64,000 bases of DNA from NCBI GenBank assembly GCA_018895235.1, contig JAHIOM010000013.1, positions 6,527-70,526 of the forward strand, read 5' to 3'. This stretch comes from Patescibacteria group bacterium. Its GTDB lineage: Bacteria; Patescibacteriota; Minisyncoccia; Minisyncoccales; Staskawiczbacteraceae. Both the position numbers and the translations under genes were made by a program. The number at the start of each line of letters is the position of its first letter. Position 1 is the first letter of the stretch. Shown here piece by piece: positions 19,733 to 30,339 of the stretch. Under the pieces are notes generated by a model. It did not search any database, was not told the origin of the DNA, and saw nothing but the letters and a program-made list of their open reading frames with translations.

Positions 19733-19800
19733 TTATAATTGGCAACGAGAGAGGAGTAAAGAAGCTTGCTTGTTTACTCCGAACGAGTGAACCAATTATA
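19733..19800. repeat. intergenic repeat element R1 (arms TTATAATTGGCAACGAG ... CGAGTGAACCAATTATA around a central 8-bp hairpin), followed by palindrome ATATCGAAT-ata-ATTCGATAT (19798-19818)
   Basis: Near-identical arms recur at 43925-43988 (R2). Related to the E-family elements at 31827, 33484, 35255, 38006. Confidence 0.5.
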
Positions 19801-19821
19801 TCGAATATAATTCGATATACC

Positions 19822-21324
19822 CTAATATTCAAGAAATTTTAACCTTGTCTTCTTTCTGAAACGCTTAACAATAAATGCTAATAACAGATAAAAAACTACA
19901 AGCCAAAACCAATGAATATTCTCAATTATTTTTGCGGCCCAGGGATGAGAAAAAATGTCTATTACCTTTGTAGAATAACCGATTAAAAACCAACAAGGAA
20001 AAGAAAGAACCCAACCCAAGGGCTGCCAAATTATTCCCACAGATGTAAACAAAAAACCAAAACCAATAATATAAGGGAGAAGAGGAACAATTAAGATATT
20101 AGTAAGGGGAGCAACTAAAGAGACATAGCCGAAATTATAGATTAAAATTGGGAGAGTAAAAACCTGAGCCGACAAAGTCATTGCTAAGATATTTCTAAAC
20201 TGAAAAATATTGGGAATTTTTCTAAACCAGTTTTGGAAAATTGGTAAAAGATAAATTATGCCGAGTATCGCAAGAAAAGACAACTGAAATCCAACATCTA
20301 ATCTTAAAAGTAATGGATTTTGAAGAAGCATTACTGCAGCAACAAAAACTATAATTCGAGAGGCGCTGTTCATTCTTCCTAAATATTGGGCTAAAAGAAA
20401 AAATCCACCCATAATTCCAGCCCTGATAGCTGAAGGTTGAAGGCCGGTCATAATAATAAAAAGAGAAATAATTACAATTGTTAAATAAAAAGACTGTCCC
20501 CGCCATAGACCCAGACCAATTAATAAAGTCATTAAAATACTAGTCAGAATAGCAACATGCATTCCGGAAACTGCCGTGATATGTCGAACCCCGGAAATAT
20601 TTAATTTTTCTTTCAGGGTTGTTGAAAGACGGCTTTTATCTCCTACAAGCATAGCTCCCAACAAAGAGCTTGCGGGATAAGGGAGGAATTGATTGATATT
20701 TTCTCTTATTTTCTTTTTGAATTTTAAAACCTGACCGTAACTAAACTGCCACCAGCTTGAATAATCATTTTTTTGAATAGTTTGAATATCCGGCCAATCT
20801 ATAAGAGACAAAATTCCTTTTTTGACCAAATAGTCTTTATAATTAAAATCCTCGAACTCTTGCGGCGTTTTTAAAAAACCCTTAACTATTAAATAATCGG
20901 CATAATTGTATTCCGGATATTTGTTTGTTTTGACTAAAACCTTTCCCGAGGTCGTTATTATATCTTCCCCGATTATTATTTTTTCGACATCAACTACTAG
21001 TTGAACACTGTTTTCCCTTACATCGGGCTCGGTTAAAATCTTGCCCGCCAAAATAACTTTCTGTTCGTTATATTGTTTTAAACTGCTATTTTGAATGTTA
21101 AAGTTGACTGTTTGATAGCGCAAAATTCCGAATAAAATAAAAATTAAACAAAAACTAAAAACCGCTACCAGTTTATATTTTTTAAATAAAGAAAATAAAA
21201 TTAAAAATGCGTTTAAAAATATAATCCCCCATAAATAATTATGAGGGATAGAAATTATAGAACCGATGAATATTCCTGCAATAAAACTTAAACAAAAATA
21301 AAAGAATATTTTTGAGGGGGTCAT
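19822..21324 (-). CDS. comEC: ComEC/Rec2 competence channel protein (DUF4131 plus competence domain, no metallo-beta-lactamase domain)
   Basis: Multiple TM helices, and ...VRHITAVSGMHVAILTSIL... matches the ComEC core. Confidence 0.8.
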   Translation of the reverse strand: MTPSKIFFYFCLSFIAGIFIGSIISIPHNYLWGIIFLNAFLILFSLFKKYKLVAVFSFCLIFILFGILRYQTVNFNIQNSSLKQYNEQKVILAGKILTEPDVRENSVQLVVDVEKIIIGEDIITTSGKVLVKTNKYPEYNYADYLIVKGFLKTPQEFEDFNYKDYLVKKGILSLIDWPDIQTIQKNDYSSWWQFSYGQVLKFKKKIRENINQFLPYPASSLLGAMLVGDKSRLSTTLKEKLNISGVRHITAVSGMHVAILTSILMTLLIGLGLWRGQSFYLTIVIISLFIIMTGLQPSAIRAGIMGGFFLLAQYLGRMNSASRIIVFVAAVMLLQNPLLLRLDVGFQLSFLAILGIIYLLPIFQNWFRKIPNIFQFRNILAMTLSAQVFTLPILIYNFGYVSLVAPLTNILIVPLLPYIIGFGFLFTSVGIIWQPLGWVLSFPCWFLIGYSTKVIDIFSHPWAAKIIENIHWFWLVVFYLLLAFIVKRFRKKTRLKFLEY

Positions 21325-22022
21325 TATCGAATCTTACAAGTTTTAAAAAAAGGAGAAATTTGTTTTTTTACATCTAAAAGCCACTCATCAGGGTACGGCC
21401 TTATTTTTTCAAACTTTGGGTCAATTGTTTTTTCTGGCCTAAAATTCTGTAAATAATATTTAATATTTGGTCCCCCTATCCACTTGGCGATTTTAATAAA
21501 ATCGTCTTTTGCGTTAATGCCAGGGACTGCGGTTGTCCGAAATTCAAAATCTACTTTTCTTTCTTTTAAGATTTTAGCGCTTTTCTCAATATCTGAAAGT
21601 TTTACTTTTGTGCCGAAAATCTCAGAATGTTTTTCTGGAGAACATTTAATGTCCATCGCAACATAATCTATTAACTTTTTATCAATTAAATCTTTTAACA
21701 TTTCGGGGTTTGAACCATTTGTATCTAATTTAACTAAAAATCCAAGTTTCTTTATTTTTTTAATAAACTCCGGCAAATCCTTTTGCATTGTCGGCTCTCC
21801 CCCGCAGACAACCACACCGTCTAACAAGCTCCGTCTTTCTTTTAAAAAATCAAAAAATTCTTTTTCTGATATTTTCGGTTGTTTTTTGATTTTATCTGGC
21901 AAAACAAGTTCGGAGCTATAACACCAAGGACAAAAAAAATTACAGCCACTCAGAAATACTGTGGCTGCTATTTTTCCCGGATAATCGATTAAAGTTGTCT
22001 TTTGGAGACCGCCAATTTTCAT
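21324..22022 (-). CDS. nrdG: anaerobic ribonucleoside-triphosphate reductase activating protein (radical SAM)
   Basis: CNFFCPWC radical-SAM cysteine motif. Overlaps the upstream nrdD by 4 nt. Confidence 0.85.
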   Translation of the reverse strand: MKIGGLQKTTLIDYPGKIAATVFLSGCNFFCPWCYSSELVLPDKIKKQPKISEKEFFDFLKERRSLLDGVVVCGGEPTMQKDLPEFIKKIKKLGFLVKLDTNGSNPEMLKDLIDKKLIDYVAMDIKCSPEKHSEIFGTKVKLSDIEKSAKILKERKVDFEFRTTAVPGINAKDDFIKIAKWIGGPNIKYYLQNFRPEKTIDPKFEKIRPYPDEWLLDVKKQISPFFKTCKIR

Positions 22023-24130
22023 GTTACAATTGCAGGCACTTTGTATTCTTTCCTGTCTTTATACTCCTGTTGTTTTCCTTTATGCCACTGCTGAACCGGC
22101 CTGATGTATCCCACAACTCTGGAATAAACCTCGCAAGGCTGTTTAACAAGGCATTTGGGACACTCAAAATGTTCTCCTGCTAAATAACCGTGAGAAGGAC
22201 AAATAGAAAACGTGGGAGTTAAAGTAATGTAGGGCAAATGGAATTTTTCAAAAACTTTCCTAACTAGGTTTTTTGCCGCTTCGGGCTCAGAAATCTTCTC
22301 GCCCAAAAATAGATGTAAAACTGTTCCTCCGGTATATTTCGTTTGTAATCCGTCTTGAAGTTTCAACGCTTTAAAAACATCATCCGTATAGTTTACCGGC
22401 AACTGGCTGGAATTTGTGTAATAAGGCACTTCTTTTGTCCCGGCAGTAATAATATCGGGATATTTTTTTTTATCGCTTTTCGCCTGCCTATAACTTGTCC
22501 CCTCTCCGGGGGTTGCTTCAAGATTATACAAATTGCCTGTTTCTTCCTGAAACTTTACCAGCCTGTTACGCATAAATTCTAAAACCTCAGTGGCAAATTT
22601 CCTGCCGTTAACTGTCCCGATGTCTTCTCCCAGAAAATTCAAAAGGGTTTCGTTCATGCCTATTAATCCAATAGTGGAAAAGTGATTACCAAAATAAGAG
22701 TCTCTCATTTTTTTAACGCCTTCTAAATAATGCTTTGAATAAGGATAAAGTCCCTTTTCGATAAAGTTTTCAAGCGCTTTCCTTTTAATCTCCAAACTTT
22801 CTTTCGCTAAATCCATTAAGTGTTTCAATCTTGCAAAATAATCTTTTTTGGTTTTTGATAAATAACCAATTCTCGGCATATTAATAGTAACAACGCCCAC
22901 CGAACCAGTTAGGGGTTGGGAACCGAAAAGACCGCCGCCCCGCATATACAATTCTTTATTATTCAAACGAAGCCGGCAACACATAGACCTAAAATCTTCC
23001 GGCTTCATATCCGAGTGTATAAAGTTGGAGAAATAATTGACGCCGTATTTAGCGGTTGCCTCCCAAAGCGGAGTGAGATTTGGATTATCCCATTCAAAAT
23101 CTTTTGTGATAGAAACGGTCGGTATCGGAAAAGTAAATGGCCGACCCCTTGCGTCTCCTTCCATCAAACCTTCGTAGAAGGCCTTAACAAACATATCCAT
23201 TTCCGGCTGAAAATCTCCGTAAGTTTCTTTTTGGGGTTGGCCGCCAACAATAACCGGCTGGCTTGCTAAAAATGAAGGCGATTTTATATCCAAAGAAACA
23301 TTTAAAAATGGCGTTTGAAATCCGACCCTTGTCGGCACCATACAGCTATATAAAAATTCCTGCATTACCTGTTTTAACTGCTTGTAACTTAAATTATCGT
23401 AGCGAATAAAGGGAGCTAAAAGCGTGTCAAAGTTAGACACGGCATTAGCACCGGCTGTTTCCCCCTGTAAGGTATACAAAACATTAACCAATTGTCCTAA
23501 AGCAGTTCTTAGGTGTTTTGGCGGACTGCATTCTATTTTCCCTATTACCCCACCAAAGCCTCTTTTCAAAAAATCATACAAATCCCAACCGGCACAGTAT
23601 GGAGCCAAAAGCTCCAAATTGTGAATGTGAAAATCTTCGTTAGCGGCTGCTTCTCTAATTTCTTTAGGATAAATTTTATTCAGCCAGTATTTTTTTGAGA
23701 TATAAGAACCGACGTATTGATTCAATCCCTGCAAAGAAAAGGTCATATTAGCGTTTTCCGAAATTTGCCAGTCAATTTCTTGCAAATAACTGTCAATTTT
23801 CTCGCTTGACTCGTCTACAATCTGCGTTGCTTCCCTGATTCTTCTTCTTTGTTCCCTATAAAGAATAAAGGACTTGGCTGTTTCAACAAATCCTTCCAAA
23901 ATTAAAACCTCTTCAACAATATCTTGAATCTGTTCCACTTGAGGCATCTCGTCTTTTTTAAAACGGCGGAGTAAAATCTGAACTACTTTATTGGAAAGTC
24001 GCTTGGATTTTACTCCGTCGCCTTGACCGGAAGCGGTAATGGCTTTAAAAATTGCTTCGGTAATCTTTTTCTGGTCAAACTCAACGATTCTTCCGTCTCT
24101 CTTTTGAATTTTAGTAATTTTATTTTTCAT
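22019..24130 (-). CDS. nrdD: anaerobic (class III) ribonucleoside-triphosphate reductase
   Basis: N-terminal ATP-cone, C-terminal Zn ribbon CPKC...C..C, and glycyl-radical motif RVVGY. Confidence 0.9.
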   Translation of the reverse strand: MKNKITKIQKRDGRIVEFDQKKITEAIFKAITASGQGDGVKSKRLSNKVVQILLRRFKKDEMPQVEQIQDIVEEVLILEGFVETAKSFILYREQRRRIREATQIVDESSEKIDSYLQEIDWQISENANMTFSLQGLNQYVGSYISKKYWLNKIYPKEIREAAANEDFHIHNLELLAPYCAGWDLYDFLKRGFGGVIGKIECSPPKHLRTALGQLVNVLYTLQGETAGANAVSNFDTLLAPFIRYDNLSYKQLKQVMQEFLYSCMVPTRVGFQTPFLNVSLDIKSPSFLASQPVIVGGQPQKETYGDFQPEMDMFVKAFYEGLMEGDARGRPFTFPIPTVSITKDFEWDNPNLTPLWEATAKYGVNYFSNFIHSDMKPEDFRSMCCRLRLNNKELYMRGGGLFGSQPLTGSVGVVTINMPRIGYLSKTKKDYFARLKHLMDLAKESLEIKRKALENFIEKGLYPYSKHYLEGVKKMRDSYFGNHFSTIGLIGMNETLLNFLGEDIGTVNGRKFATEVLEFMRNRLVKFQEETGNLYNLEATPGEGTSYRQAKSDKKKYPDIITAGTKEVPYYTNSSQLPVNYTDDVFKALKLQDGLQTKYTGGTVLHLFLGEKISEPEAAKNLVRKVFEKFHLPYITLTPTFSICPSHGYLAGEHFECPKCLVKQPCEVYSRVVGYIRPVQQWHKGKQQEYKDRKEYKVPAIVT

Positions 24131-24246
24131 AATTTAGCAGTTCGCAACGAAAAAAAAATAACTTGTCGTGAAATTACTTAATTTTAAACTCCATAGCGAG
24201 GAAGGTCAAGCCCTGTGAATTGTTTCAAATATTTTTTAATATTTTG

Positions 24247-25173
24247 TCAAAACCCTGCCGCAATAACAGTTACCTTTATTTCTCCCTTCTTTAAGTTTTC
24301 ATCATTAATCGCGCCGAAAATTACTTGGGCTTTTTTATCTGCGGTTTTTGTAATTATTTTTGCTACTTCTGAAATTTCAGCAAGCCCTAAATCCTGACCG
24401 GATACATTAAATAAAACTCTTTTTGCTCCAGAAATCGAAGAATCAAGCAGGGGAGAATTAATGGCTTTTTGAGCCGCTTCAACAGCCCTGTTTTCTCCCT
24501 TGGCTTTACCAACACCAAATAGAGCTGTGCCTGCATTTTTCATAATTGCTAAAATTGAAGCCATATCTACAGTAACTATCCCCGGCAGTACAACCAAATC
24601 TGTAATTCCTTGAACTGCTTCTCTTAAAACTTCGTCACAAATCCAAAAAGCATTACTAACCGTTGTTTTGTTATCAACCAAGTGAAGCAGTTTATCGTTA
24701 GAAATAACCAACAAAGCATCGACTCTATCTTTTAGTTGCTCAATTGCTGAATTAGCAACTTTTCTCCGCTGCTCGCCTTCAAAAGAAAACGGCCTTGTGA
24801 CAACCGCTATAGTTAAAATGCCAAGACTTTTTGAAACCTCGGCAATAATCGGAGAGGCGCCGGAACCGGTGCCCCCACCCATACCGCAGGTAATAAAAAC
24901 CATATTCGCCTCTTTTAATAACTCTTTTATTTTCTCTTTGCTTTCTTCGGCTGCTTTCCTGCCTAAAGAAACATCCATGCCAGCCCCGAGCCCCCGCGTG
25001 ACATTTTCTCCAATTAAAACTTTCCTTTCCGCTTTACAAAAACGTAACGCTTGAGCGTCGGTATTAACAGCAATCAGATCTATCCCCTGAATACTGTCTT
25101 TTACCATCCGAGAAATTGTATTGGAGCCAGACCCTCCGACTCCAACTACTTTAATTTTTGGATTAGGTTTCAT
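24247..25173 (-). CDS. ftsZ: cell-division GTPase FtsZ (short form)
   Basis: GVGGSGSN, tubulin signature GGGTGSGASP, VTRPFSFEG, ISNDKL. Confidence 0.9.
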   Translation of the reverse strand: MKPNPKIKVVGVGGSGSNTISRMVKDSIQGIDLIAVNTDAQALRFCKAERKVLIGENVTRGLGAGMDVSLGRKAAEESKEKIKELLKEANMVFITCGMGGGTGSGASPIIAEVSKSLGILTIAVVTRPFSFEGEQRRKVANSAIEQLKDRVDALLVISNDKLLHLVDNKTTVSNAFWICDEVLREAVQGITDLVVLPGIVTVDMASILAIMKNAGTALFGVGKAKGENRAVEAAQKAINSPLLDSSISGAKRVLFNVSGQDLGLAEISEVAKIITKTADKKAQVIFGAINDENLKKGEIKVTVIAAGF

Positions 25174-25177
25174 TAAC

Positions 25178-26410
25178 TTACGGAATAAAATTCTTGAAAA
25201 TCTTTTTTATTTTCGCCCAAACTTTCGCCCAAAATCCTCCCTTAGACAAAGAAGGATTATCTTCTCCAAAGTCAGATCCTTCCAGAACAAGACCGCAAAC
25301 CGTAGCCAAAGACGGATCTTCTTCAAGACCCATGATCCTACCTGGGATTCCTATCTCACAGGGCAATTTTAACTCCTGCTTTGCTAATTCTTTGATTTTA
25401 GGTAGTTTGGCTCCGCCGCCGGTTAAAACAACTCCGCCCGGTAATAATTGCTGACGGCCTATTTTTTTTAATTCTTTATTTATTAAATCAAAAATCTCAG
25501 AGACTCGCGGTTCAATAATATCCACTAATAATTTTTTAGGGAAAACAAGCGGAGAACTCTTGTCAAAAATCTCTATTTTTTTCCGCGACTGCGAAGCTTT
25601 ATCTTTTTTGTTTTTAGCCAAAAGGCAAGAGCCGTGTTCTTTCTTTATATTTTCCGCAATGCCGATTTCTGTCCTTAAACCAATAGCAATGTCATTGGTT
25701 ATGTTTGAGGAACCGATTGGGAAAACAGCAAAATGAATCAGTTCCCCCTCCTCAAACACTACCAAACTGGTAGTGGCTGCCCCAATATCAATCAAAGCCA
25801 CTCCTATCTCTTTTTGCTGTGGTGTTAAAACGGCCGAAGCCGCTGCTATAGGCGAAGGAATAATATCATTAATTTGAACTTTCGTATTTAAAACAGCCTG
25901 AGTCAGATTTATAAAATAAGGAGAGAAAACGCAAAGTAAAAGAGCCCTTACTTCTAATCTTACGCCGGTTAAACCGAGCGGTTCTTTTATTCCTTTTTGG
26001 TCATTAATAATAAACTCTTTCGGGAAAACATTCAGTATTTCTTCGTTAGTAGGAATATTAACGGCTCTAACGGCCTGAAGAACTCTATCAATATCTTCTT
26101 GAGAAATTTTCTGATTGGCTCTTGAAACAGAGATTATACCGTCAGAGGGCGTAATATAAAGATGGCTGCCACCGATATTTATGAAAACTGAACTTATTCT
26201 TTTATTAGATAATTTCTCAACTTCTGATAAAAGCGCCTGGACATTTTTCTCTACCTCGTCAATATTAACTACTGCTCCTTTTCTGACGCCAAAAGAAGGA
26301 ATTTGGGACTGGGCCAAAACTTCCAGCTCTTTGCCCCTCTTTTGGACAACAAGGGCTTTAATAGTGCTTGTTCCTATATCCAAGCCGGTAATAATATGAG
26401 TTCTTGCCAT
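25178..26410 (-). CDS. ftsA: cell-division protein FtsA
   Basis: Actin-fold N-terminus ITGLDIGTSTIKALV, and the ftsA-ftsZ gene order. Confidence 0.9.
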   Translation of the reverse strand: MARTHIITGLDIGTSTIKALVVQKRGKELEVLAQSQIPSFGVRKGAVVNIDEVEKNVQALLSEVEKLSNKRISSVFINIGGSHLYITPSDGIISVSRANQKISQEDIDRVLQAVRAVNIPTNEEILNVFPKEFIINDQKGIKEPLGLTGVRLEVRALLLCVFSPYFINLTQAVLNTKVQINDIIPSPIAAASAVLTPQQKEIGVALIDIGAATTSLVVFEEGELIHFAVFPIGSSNITNDIAIGLRTEIGIAENIKKEHGSCLLAKNKKDKASQSRKKIEIFDKSSPLVFPKKLLVDIIEPRVSEIFDLINKELKKIGRQQLLPGGVVLTGGGAKLPKIKELAKQELKLPCEIGIPGRIMGLEEDPSLATVCGLVLEGSDFGEDNPSLSKGGFWAKVWAKIKKIFKNFIP

Positions 26411-26414
26411 AAAA

Positions 26415-26864
26415 TTAAAGGTTTATTTTAAATAGATATTTTTCTGTTTTTTTATCCATTATTTCGGCTTCCTTTTTTAATCCTTCGTGGCTATATCCTA
26501 AAAGATGTAAAATCCCGTGGATTAAAACGAAAGCTAACTCTTTTTTGAAAGCCATTTTATTTTCTTTAGCGTTTTTCTTAACTTCTTTCGGGCAGATTAC
26601 TATTTCTCCTAAAAAATCTTCTTCACACTTCCCTGTCCGCCGTAACCCGCTTTTGCTAACGAAGGCGGGGAAAGAAAGAACATCTGTCGGCTTATTTTTT
26701 TTTCTATACTTTTGGTTCAGTTTTTTTATCGCCGGCGCTTCAATCAAAACAATTGAAAGTTCTTTACCTTTTCCTGTATTTTCGCCTTTCAATACAATTT
26801 TTGCAACCCCTTTTAAAAAAACTGCGCTGACTTTTTTTTTAGTCAGATTATTAATTGATATCAT
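26415..26864 (-). CDS. ybeY: rRNA maturation endoribonuclease YbeY
   Basis: HGILHLLGYSHEG matches the H3XH5XH zinc motif. Confidence 0.85.
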   Translation of the reverse strand: MISINNLTKKKVSAVFLKGVAKIVLKGENTGKGKELSIVLIEAPAIKKLNQKYRKKNKPTDVLSFPAFVSKSGLRRTGKCEEDFLGEIVICPKEVKKNAKENKMAFKKELAFVLIHGILHLLGYSHEGLKKEAEIMDKKTEKYLFKINL

Positions 26865-26948
26865 TAATCAATTTTAGCAAAATATCCTTATAAATCAAAT
26901 GCCCGCCAAGTTGGCGGGCATTTGAAAAAGATTTATTTTTTTTATTCA

Positions 26949-27506
26949 CTACAAACCGGCTTTTGCTCCTTTTGCCCTTTTAATAAACTCTTCTCTTAAT
27001 TGTTCTGCTATTTTTGCATCCAGACCCGGTAAACGTCCTTCAGCCCCCGCCCCCCTTACACCTCTTCCTCCATAACTAGTGCTATAGCCAGCCGTCTGAA
27101 TCTGGAGATCACTTAATCCTAAAATCCGGGCAAAAACTCCGCGATAAATATCTACATTTTGGATTCTTTCATAAGGAATAGAAATATATTTTTTCCATAT
27201 TACGCCGCATTCCTTTTTAAGGGCATCATTTGTAAGTTCATAGCCGTAATAACGATAACTCAACTTTGCCCAAATCCAGCAGAAAACAATATATAAAACT
27301 AGAAAAAAAATAGAAACGATCAAATAAACTGAGAAAAAAACCGTACCCACCCCCTCAATATTCTGATCCTTTACTCCCATCAGAGCTGAAATGAGAGCGG
27401 AAAAAAAAGAAACAAACCATATCCCAAAAAAGAGAATAAAAACAAGTCCTCCGAATAAAAATTTAAAAAAGAATAACCAAACTGCTTTAGGATGAAGTTT
27501 TTGCAT
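26949..27506 (-). CDS. membrane protein with bacterial PH (bPH_2 / YdbS-like) domain
   Basis: Two TM helices followed by ...YISIPYERIQNVDIYRGVFARILGLSDLQIQTAG, matching the bPH_2 consensus. Confidence 0.5.
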   Translation of the reverse strand: MQKLHPKAVWLFFFKFLFGGLVFILFFGIWFVSFFSALISALMGVKDQNIEGVGTVFFSVYLIVSIFFLVLYIVFCWIWAKLSYRYYGYELTNDALKKECGVIWKKYISIPYERIQNVDIYRGVFARILGLSDLQIQTAGYSTSYGGRGVRGAGAEGRLPGLDAKIAEQLREEFIKRAKGAKAGL

Positions 27507-27511
27507 AAGTT

Positions 27512-28012
27512 TTATTTGGGTGATAAAAGTTGTTTTACAATATTGCTTATCATACTCGCATCGGCTCGACCTTTTATTTTTAGCATTAACTCGGCCATCA
27601 CTTTTCCCATATCTTTCATTTCTTTGGCGCTGGTTTTAGTGATTGCTTGGACAACTATTTTTTTTATTTCATCTTCTGAAAGTTGCTCGGGCAAATATTT
27701 TTGTAGAATCTCTATTTCTTTTTTTTCTTTATCTGCTAATTCTAACCTGTTGCCTTTGGTATAAAGATCAACCGCATCTTTTCTTTTCTTTATTTCCGAC
27801 CCTATTATATCAATCACTTCTTCATCTATTAGTTGAGATTCTTTAATAAGGCCTTTTTCATCTAGGTCGGGTTTTTGTTTTGAAATTTTATATCTTTTTT
27901 CCTTCTCTTTCGATATAATGGCGGCAGAAAGCATTCTTAGAGTGCTTAAAACCTTCTCTTGGTTTTCCTTCATCGCCCGGGTAATTGAATTATGGATTTC
28001 TTCTTTTAACAT
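27512..28012 (-). CDS. GatB/YqeY-domain protein
   Basis: 166 aa; the whole length resembles the YqeY/GatB C-terminal helical domain. Confidence 0.65.
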   Translation of the reverse strand: MLKEEIHNSITRAMKENQEKVLSTLRMLSAAIISKEKEKRYKISKQKPDLDEKGLIKESQLIDEEVIDIIGSEIKKRKDAVDLYTKGNRLELADKEKKEIEILQKYLPEQLSEDEIKKIVVQAITKTSAKEMKDMGKVMAELMLKIKGRADASMISNIVKQLLSPK

Positions 28013-28048
28013 ATTACTGAGACAAAACCCCGCAAAGAAATTGTTCTC

Positions 28049-28267
28049 CTACTGGGGTTTGCTAAGCTTTTTTGCTTTCTCATATTTTTTTCTTGATTCC
28101 TCTTTTCTTAAAGCAGATCTCTTTTTAACAAGATCGCTTTTTGCTCTTTTATGAAATTGCCTTTTCCTCGTTTCAAGCAATATTCCGCTTTGGCGAATTG
28201 TCTTTGTAAAGCGGTGAACCAAATTCTGAGAACTTTCTCTTTCTTTTTTTCTTATTTCTAAAGCCAT
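28049..28267 (-). CDS. rpsU: 30S ribosomal protein bS21
   Basis: 72 aa, basic, with LVHRFTKTIRQSGILLETRKRQFHKRAKS (S21 consensus ...rFkr....g.l.e.r.r.). Confidence 0.75.
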   Translation of the reverse strand: MALEIRKKERESSQNLVHRFTKTIRQSGILLETRKRQFHKRAKSDLVKKRSALRKEESRKKYEKAKKLSKPQ

Positions 28268-28281
28268 GGGTTAATAATTAT

Positions 28282-29568
28282 TTATTTAAGTTTCTTAAGT
28301 TTCTTTTTTATCTCAGCAACGATGTTTTTTAATTCAAATGTTTCCTGGGAGCCCGATTCCATATCCCTAACAACAATTTCCCCATCCAACGCTTCTTTTT
28401 GCCCGAATATTAAAACATATTTAATCCCCAGCTTGTTTGCTGTTCTAAGTTGTGCCTTTAAAGAGTCTTTGGAAAGGGATTCGGCAACTATTATTTTGGA
28501 CCTTCTAAACTCCTCAAGCACCTTTAAACTCTTTTTCTTGGCTAAATTTCCCAATTGAGCCAAAAAAACTTTTGCTTCTTTAACTTTTAATGGTTTTAAT
28601 TCTTTGGTTTTTAAAATATTGGCGATTCGTTCTGCCCCTCCTGCCGCCCCACAACCCGGAGTATCTCGACCACCCAATATCTTAACTAGATTATCATATC
28701 TTCCTCCTCCTATTAAAGCACCCTGTTCTTTACCTTGGGGGGTATTCTCAAAAATCTCAAAAACTGTCTTGGTATAATAATCTAATCCCCTTACAAGATA
28801 AGGATTTAATTTATATGGCATTTCTGCTTCATCTAAAAACTCCAAAACCTGTTTGAAATGATCGTGACAATTTTCACAAAGGTGATCCATTATCTGGGGA
28901 GCATCTGTTTTAATCTGCTGGCATTTTTCTTCCTTGCAGTCCAGAATTCTTAAAGGGTTCTGTTTAAGCCGTCTTTGGCAGTTCGAGCATAAAGATGACC
29001 GCCTCGATCTTAGATAGTTTGACAAGTTCTTCTTAAAATATGGCCGACATTCTGAATCTCCAATACTGTTTATTTCTATAATTAAATTTTTAAAATGGAG
29101 CTCTTTTAAAACATCATAGCTCATCTGAATTATCTGGCTGTCTATGGCTGGACTTTTATCTCCTAAAACCTCAAAACCAAACTGATGGAATTGCCTATAT
29201 CTGCCGGCCTGCGGCCGCTCATAGCGGAAACAGGGACCCTCATACCATAACTTTACCGGTTGGGGCAAGCTCTGCATTCCGTTTTCGATATAGCTTCTTA
29301 CCACAGAGGGAGTCAATTCCGGCCTCAAAGCAACATAATCCCCTCCTTTGGTACGAAATGTATACATCTGTTTTTCTACGATATCAGTGTCTAAACCCGT
29401 GCTTTTACAAAAAAGGTCGGCTGATTCTAAAATCGGCGTTTCAATTTTCTGAAAACTATAAAAATTAGCTACGCCTTCAACGGTTTTACAAATCCTCTGG
29501 AAGTGCTTCTGGTCTTCGGGCAATATATCATGCATCCCAGGCAACGACTGGAATTTTATTTTTTTCAT
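28282..29568 (-). CDS. hisS: histidyl-tRNA synthetase
   Basis: Class II motifs (FRYERPQAGRYRQFHQ, YYTKTVFEI, GGGRYD) and C-terminal anticodon-binding domain. Confidence 0.9.
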   Translation of the reverse strand: MKKIKFQSLPGMHDILPEDQKHFQRICKTVEGVANFYSFQKIETPILESADLFCKSTGLDTDIVEKQMYTFRTKGGDYVALRPELTPSVVRSYIENGMQSLPQPVKLWYEGPCFRYERPQAGRYRQFHQFGFEVLGDKSPAIDSQIIQMSYDVLKELHFKNLIIEINSIGDSECRPYFKKNLSNYLRSRRSSLCSNCQRRLKQNPLRILDCKEEKCQQIKTDAPQIMDHLCENCHDHFKQVLEFLDEAEMPYKLNPYLVRGLDYYTKTVFEIFENTPQGKEQGALIGGGRYDNLVKILGGRDTPGCGAAGGAERIANILKTKELKPLKVKEAKVFLAQLGNLAKKKSLKVLEEFRRSKIIVAESLSKDSLKAQLRTANKLGIKYVLIFGQKEALDGEIVVRDMESGSQETFELKNIVAEIKKKLKKLK

Positions 29569-29604
29569 CAGTGTAGAATTATAATTAAACTCAAAATTAA
29601 AAAC

Positions 29605-30156
29605 CTAGTAAGCAGGGCTTGTTATTTTTCCTAAAGCAGCCAAAGGGAAAACCCGAACAAAAACCTTGCCGATAATATTCTCTGCTGGCAAGGGCCCCCA
29701 GTTTCTTGAATCTGAGGAGTAAGCCCGATTGTCGCCTAAAACAAAGTACTCTTTTTCTCCTAGAATAATCTGCAGATTTCCATAGGTATTATCTTCCGCG
29801 TATGGAAGATAAATTTCTTCATTTAAAACTTGCGTTTGATTATTTTTAGTATAGATAAAAATCTTACCGTCCTTGATTTCAATGGTTTCGCCCGGTAGTC
29901 CAATAATTCTTTTAATGAATCTGTGGCTTGGATTTTTGGGGTATTTAAAAACAACAACATCTCCTCTTTGAGGGGAATTTAATCTATACGATATCTCATC
30001 AATAATCAGGTAGTCGCCGGAATGGAAGTTTGGGACCATTGAATCACCTTTAACTATAAACGGCTGAAATAAAAAATAGCGGATAGGTACCACTATAGCC
30101 AAAGCAATGAGAAATATTTTTGCAAGTTCCCAAATATATAAAAGTGTCTGTTTCAT
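29605..30156 (-). CDS. lepB: signal peptidase I
   Basis: N-terminal TM helix, S26 catalytic Ser context GDSMVPNF, and Lys box RGDVVVF. Confidence 0.85.
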   Translation of the reverse strand: MKQTLLYIWELAKIFLIALAIVVPIRYFLFQPFIVKGDSMVPNFHSGDYLIIDEISYRLNSPQRGDVVVFKYPKNPSHRFIKRIIGLPGETIEIKDGKIFIYTKNNQTQVLNEEIYLPYAEDNTYGNLQIILGEKEYFVLGDNRAYSSDSRNWGPLPAENIIGKVFVRVFPLAALGKITSPAY

Positions 30157-30292
30157 ACCCCGTTAGAAGTCCTTGACGAAAAAATTTTAGGATAAAATTT
30201 TTTCTACCCTAAGGACAAATTATAATTTGATATACTTTTCTATAATGCCACGATAAAAGTCCTTGTTATAATACTCAGACTTCTAACGGGGC
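30157..30292. repeat. 136-bp segment bounded by a perfect 14-bp inverted repeat (CCCCGTTAGAAGTC / GACTTCTAACGGGG), with an internal direct repeat AAGTCCTTG and an extended -10-like TGTTATAAT
   Basis: Seen in sequence immediately upstream of the lepB ATG. MITE-like geometry or a 5'-leader stem. Confidence 0.35.
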
Positions 30293-30339
30293 ATAACAGT
30301 ATAATTTTCCAATTGTTATTATTTTAGCAACTTTTTTAC